DNA from: the human T2T-CHM13v2.0 reference genome, Homo sapiens
Assembly: GCF_009914755.1 (NCBI RefSeq)
Contig: NC_060941.1
Length of the DNA stretch: 64,000 bases
Strand: one strand, 5' to 3'
Shown piece by piece: positions 29,090 through 42,660 of the stretch. A model generated the notes under the pieces. It was not told the DNA's origin and made no database searches. It was given only the letters and a program-made list of their open reading frames with translations. How positions within the stretch are numbered: the first letter of the stretch is position 1; each line of letters opens with the position of its first letter. The position numbers were made by a program, and so were the translations under genes.

Positions 29090-29520
29090 GTACACCTGAC
29101 TCAAATTGAAACAATCCACTTTTCTCCTCCATAAATTCTGAGTTGGGATTTAAAAGAGTTTGTCAATGAAATGGGAAGCTCAACTGGGACACTGAAATGG
29201 AGAGCTTGCCTGAGAAGATTCTATTTAATTCTATGCATGTTCAAGAAAAGAAAGCTAGAAATCCTAGAAACCTGAGGAGGAGAAGAATAAACCCCAGCTG
29301 TAAGAGACACAGAAAGAAGAGATAGTGCAAGGAGAGCTTCGAAGAAAGTAATCTTGTCTTTAATAATTTCTTGGTACCAACTTTCAGCTTTTTTATGAGG
29401 TCCTGTTTTTCTTTCTTTTGGATCTATAGCTACTCCTGTACCTTAGAACAATTTTCCCTTTTTGGTGTTAAGATTACTTGAGGGATTTTTCAATGATTTA
29501 AAACCAGAACAGCCTTGGTG
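29090..29520 (+). mobile_element. Old MLT1 (J/K-like) LTR relic
   Basis: 3' end aattttccctttttggtgttaagattacttgagggatttt...aaccaga resembles MLT1 termini. Very decayed. Confidence 0.4.
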
Positions 29521-32212
29521 AAAAGAACTGCACTCTACTCCAAGTTCAAGAAGAATGAAGACCATCATTTTCTTGGTTTTCAGTGCACCTAACACAATAC
29601 TTGGCACATAATAGACTCTCAATAAGCATTTGCCAGGAAAAAAAAAAGAAGTAAAAATGTTAAATAGCTTCAGCAAAAGCACCAAGAAGCATGTGCACAT
29701 TTTATAATGTGGAAAGTCTTTCTACCAATAGAAAGCGGCTGACCTGGGTTCAGCCATGGACAGGGCTGGAATGCTCATGCATTAGGTTTATTTTAATCAG
29801 TAATTGCCCACTCATTTAATCCATCTGAAAAATAGTCTTAACCGCTGCTCAAATTATTGGTGTGTATTTCTCCAGGATATGTAGTGAGGTATTAATTCAC
29901 CTTGAAACATTTAGGCCTCTTTATCACTCTCAGATGTTTAAAGTGGCTCAGCAGAAGAAAGGGATGAAGTGGAGTTTAGAATGGGTAAACCAGAGAAATG
30001 AGCTCTCAATCTCTGGCAAATCCAGCACTTCATCAAACCCTATGGGAAGAGCAGAGTGTTGTGGGTTGTTGTTTCTTGAAATGTTCATTAAGGAAAGACC
30101 AAACTTAGCAAATGCTGAAGTCCCTCTTGTAATGTTTTATGATTGTTATAGTATTTGGTAACTTCTGTTCCCCTCTGGCTGTGATGTGAGAGGTTCCTCC
30201 CACCACATCCCCCCCATGACAGCAATCTCTAGCTGTAAAATAGTAAGACCGTCAGCCAGCAATAATTTGCAATCCAAACAGACTTGACGCTCCCTGACAT
30301 TTATTGAAACCTCAGACCCTGTGCACTGGTTTCAGTTTTCCTCCCTTCGCTCTGTTTTTACAGACAGACAAGTGCTTAGATTTAGGCTTAATAATGAGGA
30401 GAAATTTCTTCTTGGCCTACTCTTGCTTGTGTTGGCTGCACTGGGGCTTGCAACAGATGGGTGGTTGGAGTTAATTATACTAAATGGTGAGAACATTATT
30501 TGACCCCACTGGTTCAGCCCCAGAGGCTGTGTGCCTCCTCACAGACACAGGCAGATGGAATGCCTCACAGGCTGGGCAAAGGGCAGAAGCCATGGAAAGA
30601 GAGAGCTCTTCCCTTAAGAGCAGACAGACATGAGTTTCACTCCTTGACATAGCTCAGAATCCTGGGCTCTTTTATACATATAAACCAGTAAAGTGCAAAG
30701 AAACACAAGGTGGTAACAAGGATTAGGAAAACACACTTTAACTGATGGGATGACTCTCCAAGGGACCAGCCATCTTCCAAAATGATAGGTTTCATCCTTT
30801 TTTCCAGGAAAGAATAATAGAAAAGCTTCACCACACAGGTGTCTCTGACAAGCCCAAAAGGAATTCTTATCACATGTGTCGTCATTGTAGGAGACTTGGT
30901 GACAACCATATTATAATTATATTTGAGAACCCAGTGGTAACTGCATATTATTTAACTCAGTACATAATATGTAGTCCCCTGTGAATAGTCTTGTCCTTGC
31001 TATTTTTAATGATGATGGTGACAATAAGAATACACCCATGTTCTTGTTTTTCTAGAGATAACCTGGCATTCATGAGTCTCAAGATGAAAAATTGACCAAT
31101 ATACCTAGGTACAGTGGAGATTTATTTATAAATAGTTTGTTGGTACATCACAACACAACTTCCAGTGTACTAAATTATATCTCATTCTAGAGTATAACAA
31201 GGCCAGGGAGATACAATATTAACTTGTTGACTTAATACCGACAGCAAGATTTCTGTTCCTAGATTTGTGCTTCACTGTTGTATGTCAATTCCATGCAGAT
31301 AATTCAGTATGTCCTGGAAGTCTGTAGGCAGTAATGGCTTATATGATCTGTCTGGCAATATTGACTCCATAAAATAGCATTGTGTACCACCATGTTTGCA
31401 TTGTCAAATAATTTCTGCTCTGACACAGTTTATGAAACACACCAAGTTAATAGGAGAGGTAAGAGATGAGTAGCAGCCCCTAAGATGTTTCCCACTCTCA
31501 TCTAAGAGGCAACAGTCTTTGTTGTTCTTTTTCCTTACTTTAACATCTTTCTTTCTGTACTATGGTGACTATCATCTTACCCTTGTTTATCCAGGGTCAA
31601 AAATGATCAATGAAAAATGAAGCAATATTATACCCCAACATACCAAGAATTTCTTGGTAATGTTTCAGAAAACAATGGCCAAGGATTAGATTTTACTTGG
31701 AGTAACAGCCTAACTGCATCCCTTTCAAAGCAATTTGATTCATTTTGTTCAATAATCACACTCTATCACTCTATTTCTTCTCAACTAATACGTACTAAAT
31801 TGTCATTACATTATATGGGCAAGCATACATTGTTAGTACAACTCACTTCCACCTCTGTATAAACGACTCAAAGCGTATGTACCTTGTGAATCAGTAGCAT
31901 CTTTCTCACAGAAGCAGAATATGATTGCAAGTGTTATGTTCATATCTTGAATGAGAAAGGATACAGAAATTACCCTGTGGTATTTAAACCTCATAAAACA
32001 AATACTGCTGTGCATAAAAGGAATTGGTTTTGCAAAATGTTTATACAAAACAAGTGTACACTGCATATTTTCCCCAGTAAAAGATAATTAAGTAGTAGGA
32101 TGTGCTTCTAAAGTGCAGAGCCAATGACATTTAAGAGTTTAAATATTATATTATCACCTATATGAAAATATGGGGCAAATATAGACATAAACTATACTTA
32201 AAAGACTTAAAA

Positions 32213-32699
32213 TTTTTTTAAATTATACCTTAAGTTCTGGGGTACATATGCAGAACGTGCAGTGTTGTTACATAGGTATACGCATGCCATGGTGGTTTGC
32301 TGTACCCATCAACCCATCACCTACATTAGTTATTTCTCCTAATGCTATCCCTCCCCTAGCCCCCAACCCCTCAACAGGCCCTGGTGTGTCTTTCCCTCCC
32401 TGTGTCCATGTGTTCTCACTGTTCAACTCCCATTTATGAGTGAGAACATGTGGTGTTTGGTTTTCTGTTCTTGTGTTAGTTTGCTGAGAAAGGTGGTTTC
32501 CAGCTTCATCCATGTCCCTGCAAAGGACATGAACTCATCTTTTTTATGGCTGCATAGTATTCCATGGTGTATATGTGCCACATTTTCTTTATCCAGTCTA
32601 TCACTGATGGACATTTGGATTGGTTCCAAGTCTTTGCTATTGTGAATAATGCCGCAATAAACATACATGTGCATGTATCTTTACAGTAGAATGATTTAT
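32213..32699 (-). mobile_element. L1PA (about PA7/8) 3' end, 5' truncated
   Basis: ttataccttaagttctggggtacatatgcagaacgtgcag...gagtgagaacatg...gtatatgtgccacattttctttatccagtc is an antisense L1PA 3'UTR. Confidence 0.95.
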
Positions 32700-32868
32700 G
32701 GTGTTTATTGAGGTGACCGCTTTCAGAACTAAAATGATAGTAGCTGAATTATAGACTTTATTGCAACAGAATCTGTGAGATTGAAGCTGTGCATAAGAGA
32801 AATTCAGGACTGAACAATAAGTAAGAAGTGAAGTTAGGCAACAAGAAGACAGGGGCAAAGATAAATAA

Positions 32869-33730
<862 letters not shown>

Positions 33731-33747
33731 ATCTGTTTATAATAAGT

Positions 33748-33887
33748 CTGTTTTATAATAACATTGCACATTTTGATTTGCTTCTCTAGGGAGATATAGG
33801 TTATATAAGAACATAGATTAGAGTTTAGTAGAACGGAAGCTGATTCCTGGCTTTGATATTTATTAGCTGTAGGATACCTGGTCTTCA
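33748..33887 (+). repeat. Inverted duplication 2, left arm
   Basis: Reverse complement of 34239-34380. About 19 substitutions and 2 indels over ~140 nt by hand alignment. Confidence 0.93.
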
Positions 33888-33933
33888 TTCTAGATCTATA
33901 AGTATAGATCAGTATAGGTCTGATCTTCAGGCT

Positions 33934-34008
33934 TCCACCTCAGTTTAGACCCTCCTTCAAGGCCTGGCAATACACAAGGCCGTGAAGGAGGGTCTAAACT
34001 AAGGTGGA
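33934..34008. repeat. 75-nt near-perfect hairpin (29/31-bp stem, 13-nt loop)
   Basis: tccacctcagtttagaccctccttcaaggcc pairs with ggccgtgaaggagggtctaaactaaggtgga. Confidence 0.95.
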
Positions 34009-34238
34009 CACCGCAGAGAAACACAGCAACTGGAAAAATTGGCAAGTTTTAACTGCTAAAAAATCACAGTGGAGGGAGAAAGGAAAAACCCACCATGATT
34101 TTCAGGTTTGTGACTTGAGTCAGAGTGGCTGGCAGCTTCATAAATGGAGATAAAATATACGAAAGAAGAAACAGATCCTAAGGAAAAACAGGTCTGTGTT
34201 AAGAGTTGGATAGAATGAGTTTGAAGTTCCTACAGTAC

Positions 34239-34380
34239 TGAAGATCAGTATCATCCATCTAATAAACATCAAAGCCAGGAATCAGCCTCAGCTCTATTGA
34301 ACCCTAACCTATGTTCTTCTTACATAATCTACATCTCCCTAGAGAAGTAAACCAAAATGTGCAACGTTATGATAAAACAG
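34239..34380 (-). repeat. Inverted duplication 2, right arm
   Basis: Reverse complement of 33748-33887, e.g. atcaaagccaggaatcagc and atctccctagagaag. Confidence 0.93.
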
Positions 34381-36420
34381 GTATGAGATAGATATGTAGA
34401 GAGGCAAGAGTTAATTGGATATATTCCGAGGCAGGCTATTATCAGTTTGTTTTTGCTATATAAGAGCCTTTCTCTCATATTACAGAAATAGCTACACCTG
34501 TGAAATAACATCTTCACTAACAATTTGTAATCAAGGCAGATGGACTTAGACTCTCAGCCAGGTGTTGAAATTCTTTCCGTCGCCCAACACAGAGCCGAAT
34601 GCAAGAAACAAAGATTCCTGAGGGTAACATGGATGAAAATGATGTTAATAAAAAGCAATGGAAAGAGAAGGATGCACCCACCAGATTCAAGTATTCATTT
34701 ATCTGGCTGAATTGCATTCTTAATACTGTCTCATTTTTAAGCAAATGGATTTTATCTTCTTAAAAATGATCTGTTGCAATGCAAACTTTCTTATCTTTTC
34801 AAAGATAAGATTTAATGAAGACATAGACTTCAACACTGGAAATTTAAACGAGTTTTAAATGAAGATGTAGACTTCAACAGTAGAAGAAACATATTAGTTA
34901 GAATTTTCAGAAGCAAAATAGGCTGAAAGATTTATGATAGCACTTAGAAACACGAGCCTTCAGACTGCGTGCCCAAGCATGACCAAAGAGCAGGCAATAA
35001 CAGATCTCATTAGACGCTGTTTATTTAATTTAACATTATCCTGTCAGGGATGGTTTCCCTGTTCGATAGAGCTCATTTTTTTTTTTTGATAGTTTAAGTA
35101 ATGCTCAAATATACAAGAATATGTTCATAGTAAGAGAAGGCTACGCATGCAAATTCAGAAAATCATCAAATCATCCCCAAAACTATAGTTTTAGGTTTTC
35201 TGAATCTGTTCTCTTCTTTCCCAAGAGCTATGAAACAAGACTTACATACTAGCTCAGAAAGAACCCTAGAAAGGGAATCTACTTTGGAGGAGATTAAATC
35301 TCCTTATTATTTTTCCACCCTCGTATTTATTTTCTTTTTTCTCTTCAAATGCTACCACAACAAAATGATCTGTCTTTTTTTTCTTGTAGTACCTGATTAA
35401 TGTTCCAAAGAATCACAAGTTTGCATTTGAGGTTAAAGCAAACCTCTAGATAGAGCTGTAGAGAACATGATATGCCGATGTTAATAGTTTCCTATAGAAA
35501 CAATTATTTTTGAATATTCAGGTGATAAAAATAAAAGATCACCTTAGAAGCGACACACTATATATATGCCCATTTAATTTTCTCCTATACAACTCCCATC
35601 TTCATCACAAAAAAATTTTAAAACTGCCACATTACTTAGGTTTATATATATTTAAAATAAAACTAACAACTCACTGAGAAAATATAATTTCACCTTAGTA
35701 AAGTATGAAATTTTATTAGACATTATTAAAGCTGCAATGGCCAAAACAAGGAATTAAATTTTCCTCTGTAATGTTAATATCTCCAGCATGAACGTGGAGG
35801 TAATAATACAAATCACTGGACTGAAAATATTGCTGATTAAAACTTCTGAGAACAAGGCTGATAGATTGGCAGTTTTCACAAACACCTTCACGTATTAAGA
35901 CAATAAATTGCCATAATGTGTTTTGACGTTGATAATGTGATCTAAAATCTTTTCAGAAAAGATGTCTTCCGGGAACAAAGATTCACTATCCCTTTGTTCA
36001 GGTGGCTCAAAATAATTGCATCAGATTCAAGGCTCGGCTCGGGTATTAAGTTATCCTAAACTGGAGAACCGAAGTTTCTTAAACTCGGCCAGGCGCCGAG
36101 ATTAAAAATTGTCAGTAGAGCATGGAAGGCGATCAGGAAAGCCTTGAGGACATTTAGACCATGCAGAAAAGGTCCATAGATTGACCTCATTTCAACACCA
36201 TTGCTTATACATGTAGGTGAGACAGTAAGGTTTTAAAAATCTCCATTATTTTCTGGGAACTTTGAACCAAGGATGCAGATGTCTGCTTACTCTTTCCAAC
36301 TTCGTGGTGTCCTCTGATGCCATTGACCTTCCAATCAAACAGCACTGAGACTTCCCACTCATTTCTGGCTCATCTTTGTTTCCATCCTCTATGTTTTATT
36401 AAAGTGCCAGGTACTAAATG

Positions 36421-36599
36421 CTTTAGGGTTGATGGACAGTACAGTGTCTGTCACAGCACTCAACTCTGCTATTGTAGCATGGAAGTAGCCATAGACAATA
36501 TGTAAATAAATGAATATGACAGTGTCCCAATAAAACCGTATTTACAAAAACAGACACAGGTAAATTTTGTCCAAGCGTCTGTACTATTGCCAACTGCTG
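36421..36599 (-). mobile_element. MER58A (hAT-Charlie), partial
   Basis: actcaactctgctattgtagc..agccatagacaatatgtaaa..ccaataaaac..tatttacaaaaacag. Confidence 0.85.
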
Positions 36600-37336
36600 A
36601 GCTAGAGCATCAACTTTTCCCATACCTGGTGTTATACCCCACCTAACCCCTCCCTACTTCCAACCTGTACCGTTCTATTCCTTTAGCCCCTTTCAGTTTT
36701 TGATTCTCTTCAGTCAAAGCTTCCCCGATCATGCTGTCATAGGAATCTTCTTTAAGTGAAACTCACTTGTTTCACTTAAAGTGAGTTTCCCATTGGGAAA
36801 ACCATACTATGAGTTTCAATTGTCTATAAACCTAAGTTTTCCAGTCCTTGCAGAATACAGTGTTAACCTGCTTTCATGCCTCAGGGCCCATACTTAAGGA
36901 TGAGACCTGTTCTCCAAATTGTCCTGCTCCTTCTTGCAACTATTCATTACCTTATACTTTCCTTTCTGCTTGGAATGGTCATCTCCCTATCTTCCAGGTC
37001 AAAATTCTATTTCTAGTAGAAAGCCTTCATTTCCTTATCAACTACTCACAACTTGCCCTTCTATTGTTTACAGGGGAGAGTTTAAGTTATAGGTATAGAG
37101 GAAACCACCAAAGAAATAGAGATTAAAAAAGAGTCAATAGCAGAATTCTGGAAATTATTTATACTCAGGGGACAAAAGACAGATCAGCCTAAGAGACAAC
37201 AAAAAGCACTGGGAAAAACAGGAGAACTAAGGAAGCACTTCATGATAAATTAACATAAAGATAAATCATCAGGTGTTATATTTAAGTATCATTTCATTAA
37301 ATAAATGTATCATAATATACTGAGTTTAAGATATTC

Positions 37337-37655
<319 letters not shown>

Positions 37656-38768
37656 AAGTTTAAGAAACTCTTCAAAAAAAAAAAAATTACATCTATTTTA
37701 TTAAAATAAAATCCAACCAGCTGGGCATGTTTTTTCTTACCTTGGACTTTTCCCTTACCAGTAAATTATAGATATATTTACAGATCAATGCATACAGATT
37801 TGATATGTTCTTTTAATAATTACAAAAGTCTTTACTTTAAAAAATCATAAAAATATTCAAATATTAGCAATTTAAGTTTTTTTAAATTTGTTACTGTTGT
37901 AAACAACAATGTGAATAAAAAGTCTATCTATGCAGCAAATTTTTGAATAATTACTTACTGACTTCCATGTGTCGGGCACTATACAGTCATGTATATATAA
38001 TTGACAGTTCTTCTTAGTAAGCTGTTACCTGGAAATAACCCCTGAAGATGGGCTTTCCCTCCAATGCCTAAAGTTACAGTAACAATGGGACTATTTCACC
38101 ACAGGTTTGACTCATGCTTAAGAACTCAGAGGTGAAGATACCAACAGACTTATCCTGTGGGAAAGTAAGGAAATTACAGTGTCGAGAAAAAGACCCAGGA
38201 GATTATTATCCTGATATGTTAATCTTCTGGTTTTGGATGCTCCAGGGCAGAATTAGAGGACACATGTATGTTCAACTGGTTTTCAGTTGTACTCAGTATT
38301 ATTTGCAGAATATAAAAAGATAGCATCGTCTACATCAGAGAGAAAAATCTCAGCTCCACAGCTTTTTAAGATGAAATGCTTCAGGAAATGAAACAGGACT
38401 GATTTGCAAATGGATATTATTGATTTATCTTACAGATATGTCGATGCCTTGATTATCCTGGTGTTACACATTGCATAGTGCCAGTGATGGAGAAAAACGT
38501 TAGACATGAAAATCATTCCAATAATAGTGGAAAGCTTATCCAAATTAGACAGATCACTAAACAGATCTCAGGTAATAGAGGTCTAAAGTGAAAAGGCACA
38601 GAGAGAAATAAATTACAGCAAAAATGACAGCAGAAAGCTTTATAAATAGGAGGAATTCTCTTGACTTCTCTTTGGTGGCCACATTTGCCTCTTTTCTAGA
38701 TTTAAAGTTTGACTGTAAATGGATGGCACTGAGAGCCAAAGTCTTCAGCTCTCTAAAGAATTTGAATA

Positions 38769-39102
38769 AAAAAGGATGAGTTCATGTCCTTTGTAGGGAC
38801 ATGGATGAAGATGGAAACCATCATTCTGAGCAAACTATCACAAGGACAGAAAACCAAACACTGCATATTCTCACTCATAGGTGGGAATTGAACAATGAGA
38901 ACACTTGGACACAGGGTGGGGAACATCACTCACCGGAGCCTGTCGTGGGGTGGAGGGATGGGGGAGGGATAGTATTAGGAGATATACCTAATGTAAATGA
39001 CAAGTTAATGGATGCAGCAAACCAACATGGCACATGTATACATATATAACAAACCTGCACGTTGTGCACATGTACCCTACGACTTAAAGTATAATTTTAA
39101 AA
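38769..39102 (+). mobile_element. L1PA (about PA4-6) 3' end, heavily 5' truncated
   Basis: gatgagttcatgtcctttgtagggacatggatgaag...acttaaagtataat. 15-bp TSD aaagaatttgaataa. Confidence 0.95.
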
Positions 39103-39645
39103 AGAATTTGAATAAGTATAATGAATGTAATTGTTAACACCTGAATTCAATCCCTTCAACTGTCACTAGAAGAAAAAATGCATAAAGACATGGGTGGAAA
39201 TTCATTCTTTTAAGCTGAGAATGGCCCTATGTTCAAGTGGGAACACAAATAAAAGTTGCCTTACTGTGGTAGCAGGTACAATCCAGAAATATTTTATATC
39301 AACGAGTGAAAATGATCAGCTGCAAGAGGGGTGCACGATACGGGTGATGGGTGTGAGGGCATGGCCACTTGAAGGGGCAGCATCTCCTCAGTCCTTGCAG
39401 ATTGCTACCAGGGAAGCATGCAGGATCAGTGTGCCAGATCTGACACTCAGGGAAAGAGGAATTGCCAGATGTATAATAGATGATCTAAGACTTGGTAGCT
39501 ACAAAAGACTTGGTAGCTAGTAGTCTGTTTATTTTTGCTAGAAATGAAGTTGTTTCATTAAGTCAGCTGAAATCAGGGGCTCTAACTTCCATGATGAATT
39601 ATTGGTATTTAGATGACTATATTACTTTATTTCCCCAAATCTAAG

Positions 39646-39979
39646 TTTTGTTGTTTTTTTTTGTTGTTGTTGTTTTTGTTTTTTGTTTGTTTGTTTTCTA
39701 AGATGGAGTCTTGCTCTGTTGCCGAGGCTGGAGTGCGATGACACAGTCTAAGCTCATTGCAACCTCCGCCTCCCAGGTTCAAGCAATTCCTCTGCCTCAG
39801 CCTACCAACTCGCTGGGATTACAGGTGCGCACCACCACACCCGGCTAATTTTTGTATTTTTAGTAGAGATGGGGTTTCAGCATGTTGGCCAGGCTGGTCT
39901 CAAACCCCTGACCTCATGATCCACCCACCTTGGCCTCCCAAAGTGCTGGGATTACAGACGTGAGCCACTGCGCCCGGCC
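39646..39979 (-). mobile_element. Alu (AluS-like) with (GTT/GTTT)n-derived tail
   Basis: Antisense Alu. TSD ccaaatc(t/a)aagt. Confidence 0.95.
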
Positions 39980-40087
39980 ACCAAATCAAAGTATTCCTAT
40001 AAATTAAAACAGAAATATTTTTTAAAGAAGAGGAAAACTTCTAAAACCTCATGGGGCTGCAATAATTAACTGAATGAGAACGTCATA

Positions 40088-40486
40088 TGTATTAGTCAGC
40101 TCAGACAATTAACAACATACCATAGACCAGGTGGCTTAAACAACAGAAACTTACTTTTTCACAATTCTGGAAGCCAAAAGTCTGAGATGAGGCTGCCTGC
40201 ACAGTCAGGTTCTGTGGAGGGCTCTCTCTTCCTGGCTTGCAGTGGCCACCTTCTTGCTATGTGCTCACATGGCTTTTCTTCAGTACAGTGCAACAGAGAG
40301 ACACAGAGAGAAATATCTCTTTTCCTCTTCCCATAAGGACACTAATCCTATTGGATTAAGATTTTGCCCTTATTGTCACATTTAAACTTCATTACCCTCT
40401 AAAAGCCTTATGTCCAAATACAGTCTCATTAAATCAGGGATTGAATATATGAATTTAGGGTAGGGGGAGCAATTTAGTCCATAGAA
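40088..40486 (-). mobile_element. MLT1A/MLT1A0 solo LTR (ERVL-MaLR)
   Basis: tgtattagtc...ggtggcttaaacaacagaaa...ttctggaagcc...ataaggacactaatcctatt...atatgaattt...ttagtccatag. Confidence 0.85.
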
Positions 40487-40769
40487 CCATGTGAGCATCA
40501 AAGACTCACTGGACTTACGTCCGTTTGTAAGTGTCTCCTGTTGTAGTGTATCTGAGTCATAGAGATGTCAGCTAAAGAACACAGATAATGGAGTATGTTG
40601 CATACAAAAACTGCAAAATAGCTGGTTCTCCATTTACTAATAGCTGGAAGAGGTCATTCAACTTCCTTTTGCAGAAAACAAATAGAAGATTGGAAAAAAA
40701 TATTAAAAATTAACCTTATCAGGACACTGGAAAACACCCAAAGGACATGAAAACTGCTAGAGTATTGTA

Positions 40770-40935
40770 GAGAAAAGAAAGAAAGGAAGGAAGAAAAGAA
40801 AGAAAATAGCAAGAGAAGGGAAAAAAAGAAAGAAAGGAGGAAAGGAAGGAAGGAAAAGAAAAAAGGGAGAAAGAGAGGGAGCAAGAAAGGGAGGGAAGAA
40901 GGAAAGGAAGAAAGGAAAGAAGGAAGGAAGGAAGA
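40770..40935. repeat. GA-rich polypurine tract ((GAAA)/(GGAA)n)
   Basis: Directly visible, about 165 nt and almost pure A/G. Confidence 0.9.
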
Positions 40936-41044
40936 TAACAGCACAATAAACTTGTGAGCTTCTTGCTTAGGGTATCTTGGGGTATTTCTATGAAAATTTC
41001 CCTGGCCAGAGGTGGTAAAGTTGGTTTTGGGTAGGTTTCAGAGC

Positions 41045-41872
41045 AAAGAAAAAACAAACAACCACATTAAAAAATGGGCAAAGGACATGGACACTTCTTT
41101 AAATAAAGCATGCACATGGCCAATAAACATGAAAAAATGCTCATCACCACTGATCATCAGAGAAATGCAGATCAAAACCACAATGAGATACCATCTCATA
41201 CCAGTCAGAATGGCTATTACTAAGAAGTCAAAAGAACAATAGATGCTGATGGGGCTGCAGAGGAAAGGGAATGCTTATACACTGTTGGTGGGAATGTAAA
41301 TTAGTTCAGCCTGTAAAAGCCTTTCACTGTGGAAAGCAGTTTGCAGATTTCTCAAAGAACCGAAATCAGAGCTACCATTCAACTCAGCAATCCCATTCTG
41401 GGTATATATCCAAAAGAAAACAAATTGTTCTACCAAAAAGACACATGAACTCAAATGTTCATTGGAACACTATTCACAATAGCAAAGACATGGATTCAAC
41501 CTAGGTGCCCATCAATGGTAGACTGGCTAAAGGAACTGTGATTACTTCATGGAATACTACACAGCCACAAAAAGAATAAGATCATGCCTTTTGCAGCAAT
41601 ACGGATGGAGGTGGAGGCAACAATTCTAAGTGAATTAACACAGGAACAGAAAAGCAAATACTACATATTCTCACTTATAACTGGGAGCTAAGCATTGAGC
41701 ACACAGGGACATAAACACGGGAATAGCAGACACTGCGAACTATTAGAGGGAGAAGGAAGACAGAGAGATATGGGTTGAAAAACTACCTATTGAGTACGAT
41801 GCTCACTATCTGGCTGCAATATACCCATGTATTAAACCTGCCCATGTACCCCTTGTATCTAAAATAAAAGCT
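41045..41872 (+). mobile_element. L1PB-type 3' end inserted into an older L1M
   Basis: ORF2-end motifs (atcagagaaatgcagatcaaaaccacaatgagataccatctc) and an L1PB 3'UTR (gggttgaaaaactacctattg...aaacctgcccatgtacccc..tctaaaataaaag). Confidence 0.9.
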
Positions 41873-42283
41873 GGGGAAAAAGAGAAATTTGATGAGGAGA
41901 TTTTGGAAGCAAGAGAACCATAGAAAGGCTGATATAATTCATATGCATATGCAAACTACACATGCATATGGAGACACCAGAGAACCTGGCAAAATCAAAT
42001 CCTGAGAAGCCTTGTAAACGTCTTATACTTTTGAAGATGCTCCTCAACTCCCCAACGCAGCTTGGGTGGCAGAAAGCGAAGCTTTAGCAGTTGGAGGAGT
42101 TTGAGTATAGCCTCTGCACAAAACAGTGGCTGACCACTGAAGTATAAAGACACAGGGAGACTTCTAGAGAACCAAGCACTTAAAAAGACAAAACCAAAAA
42201 ACGAGCATTGACTTCAGTGGTTGCATACCACAAGGAAGACTGAGCTTTTCAGTTTGTATTTATGCATGTCTATCACTGACTAA

Positions 42284-42660
<377 letters not shown>

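Noticed and set aside
41012-41504. ORFs resembling the L1 ORF2p C-terminus (IIREMQIKTTMRYHL)
   Set aside because: Genuine L1 relic, but truncated and frameshifted. Annotated as L1PB, not as a CDS.
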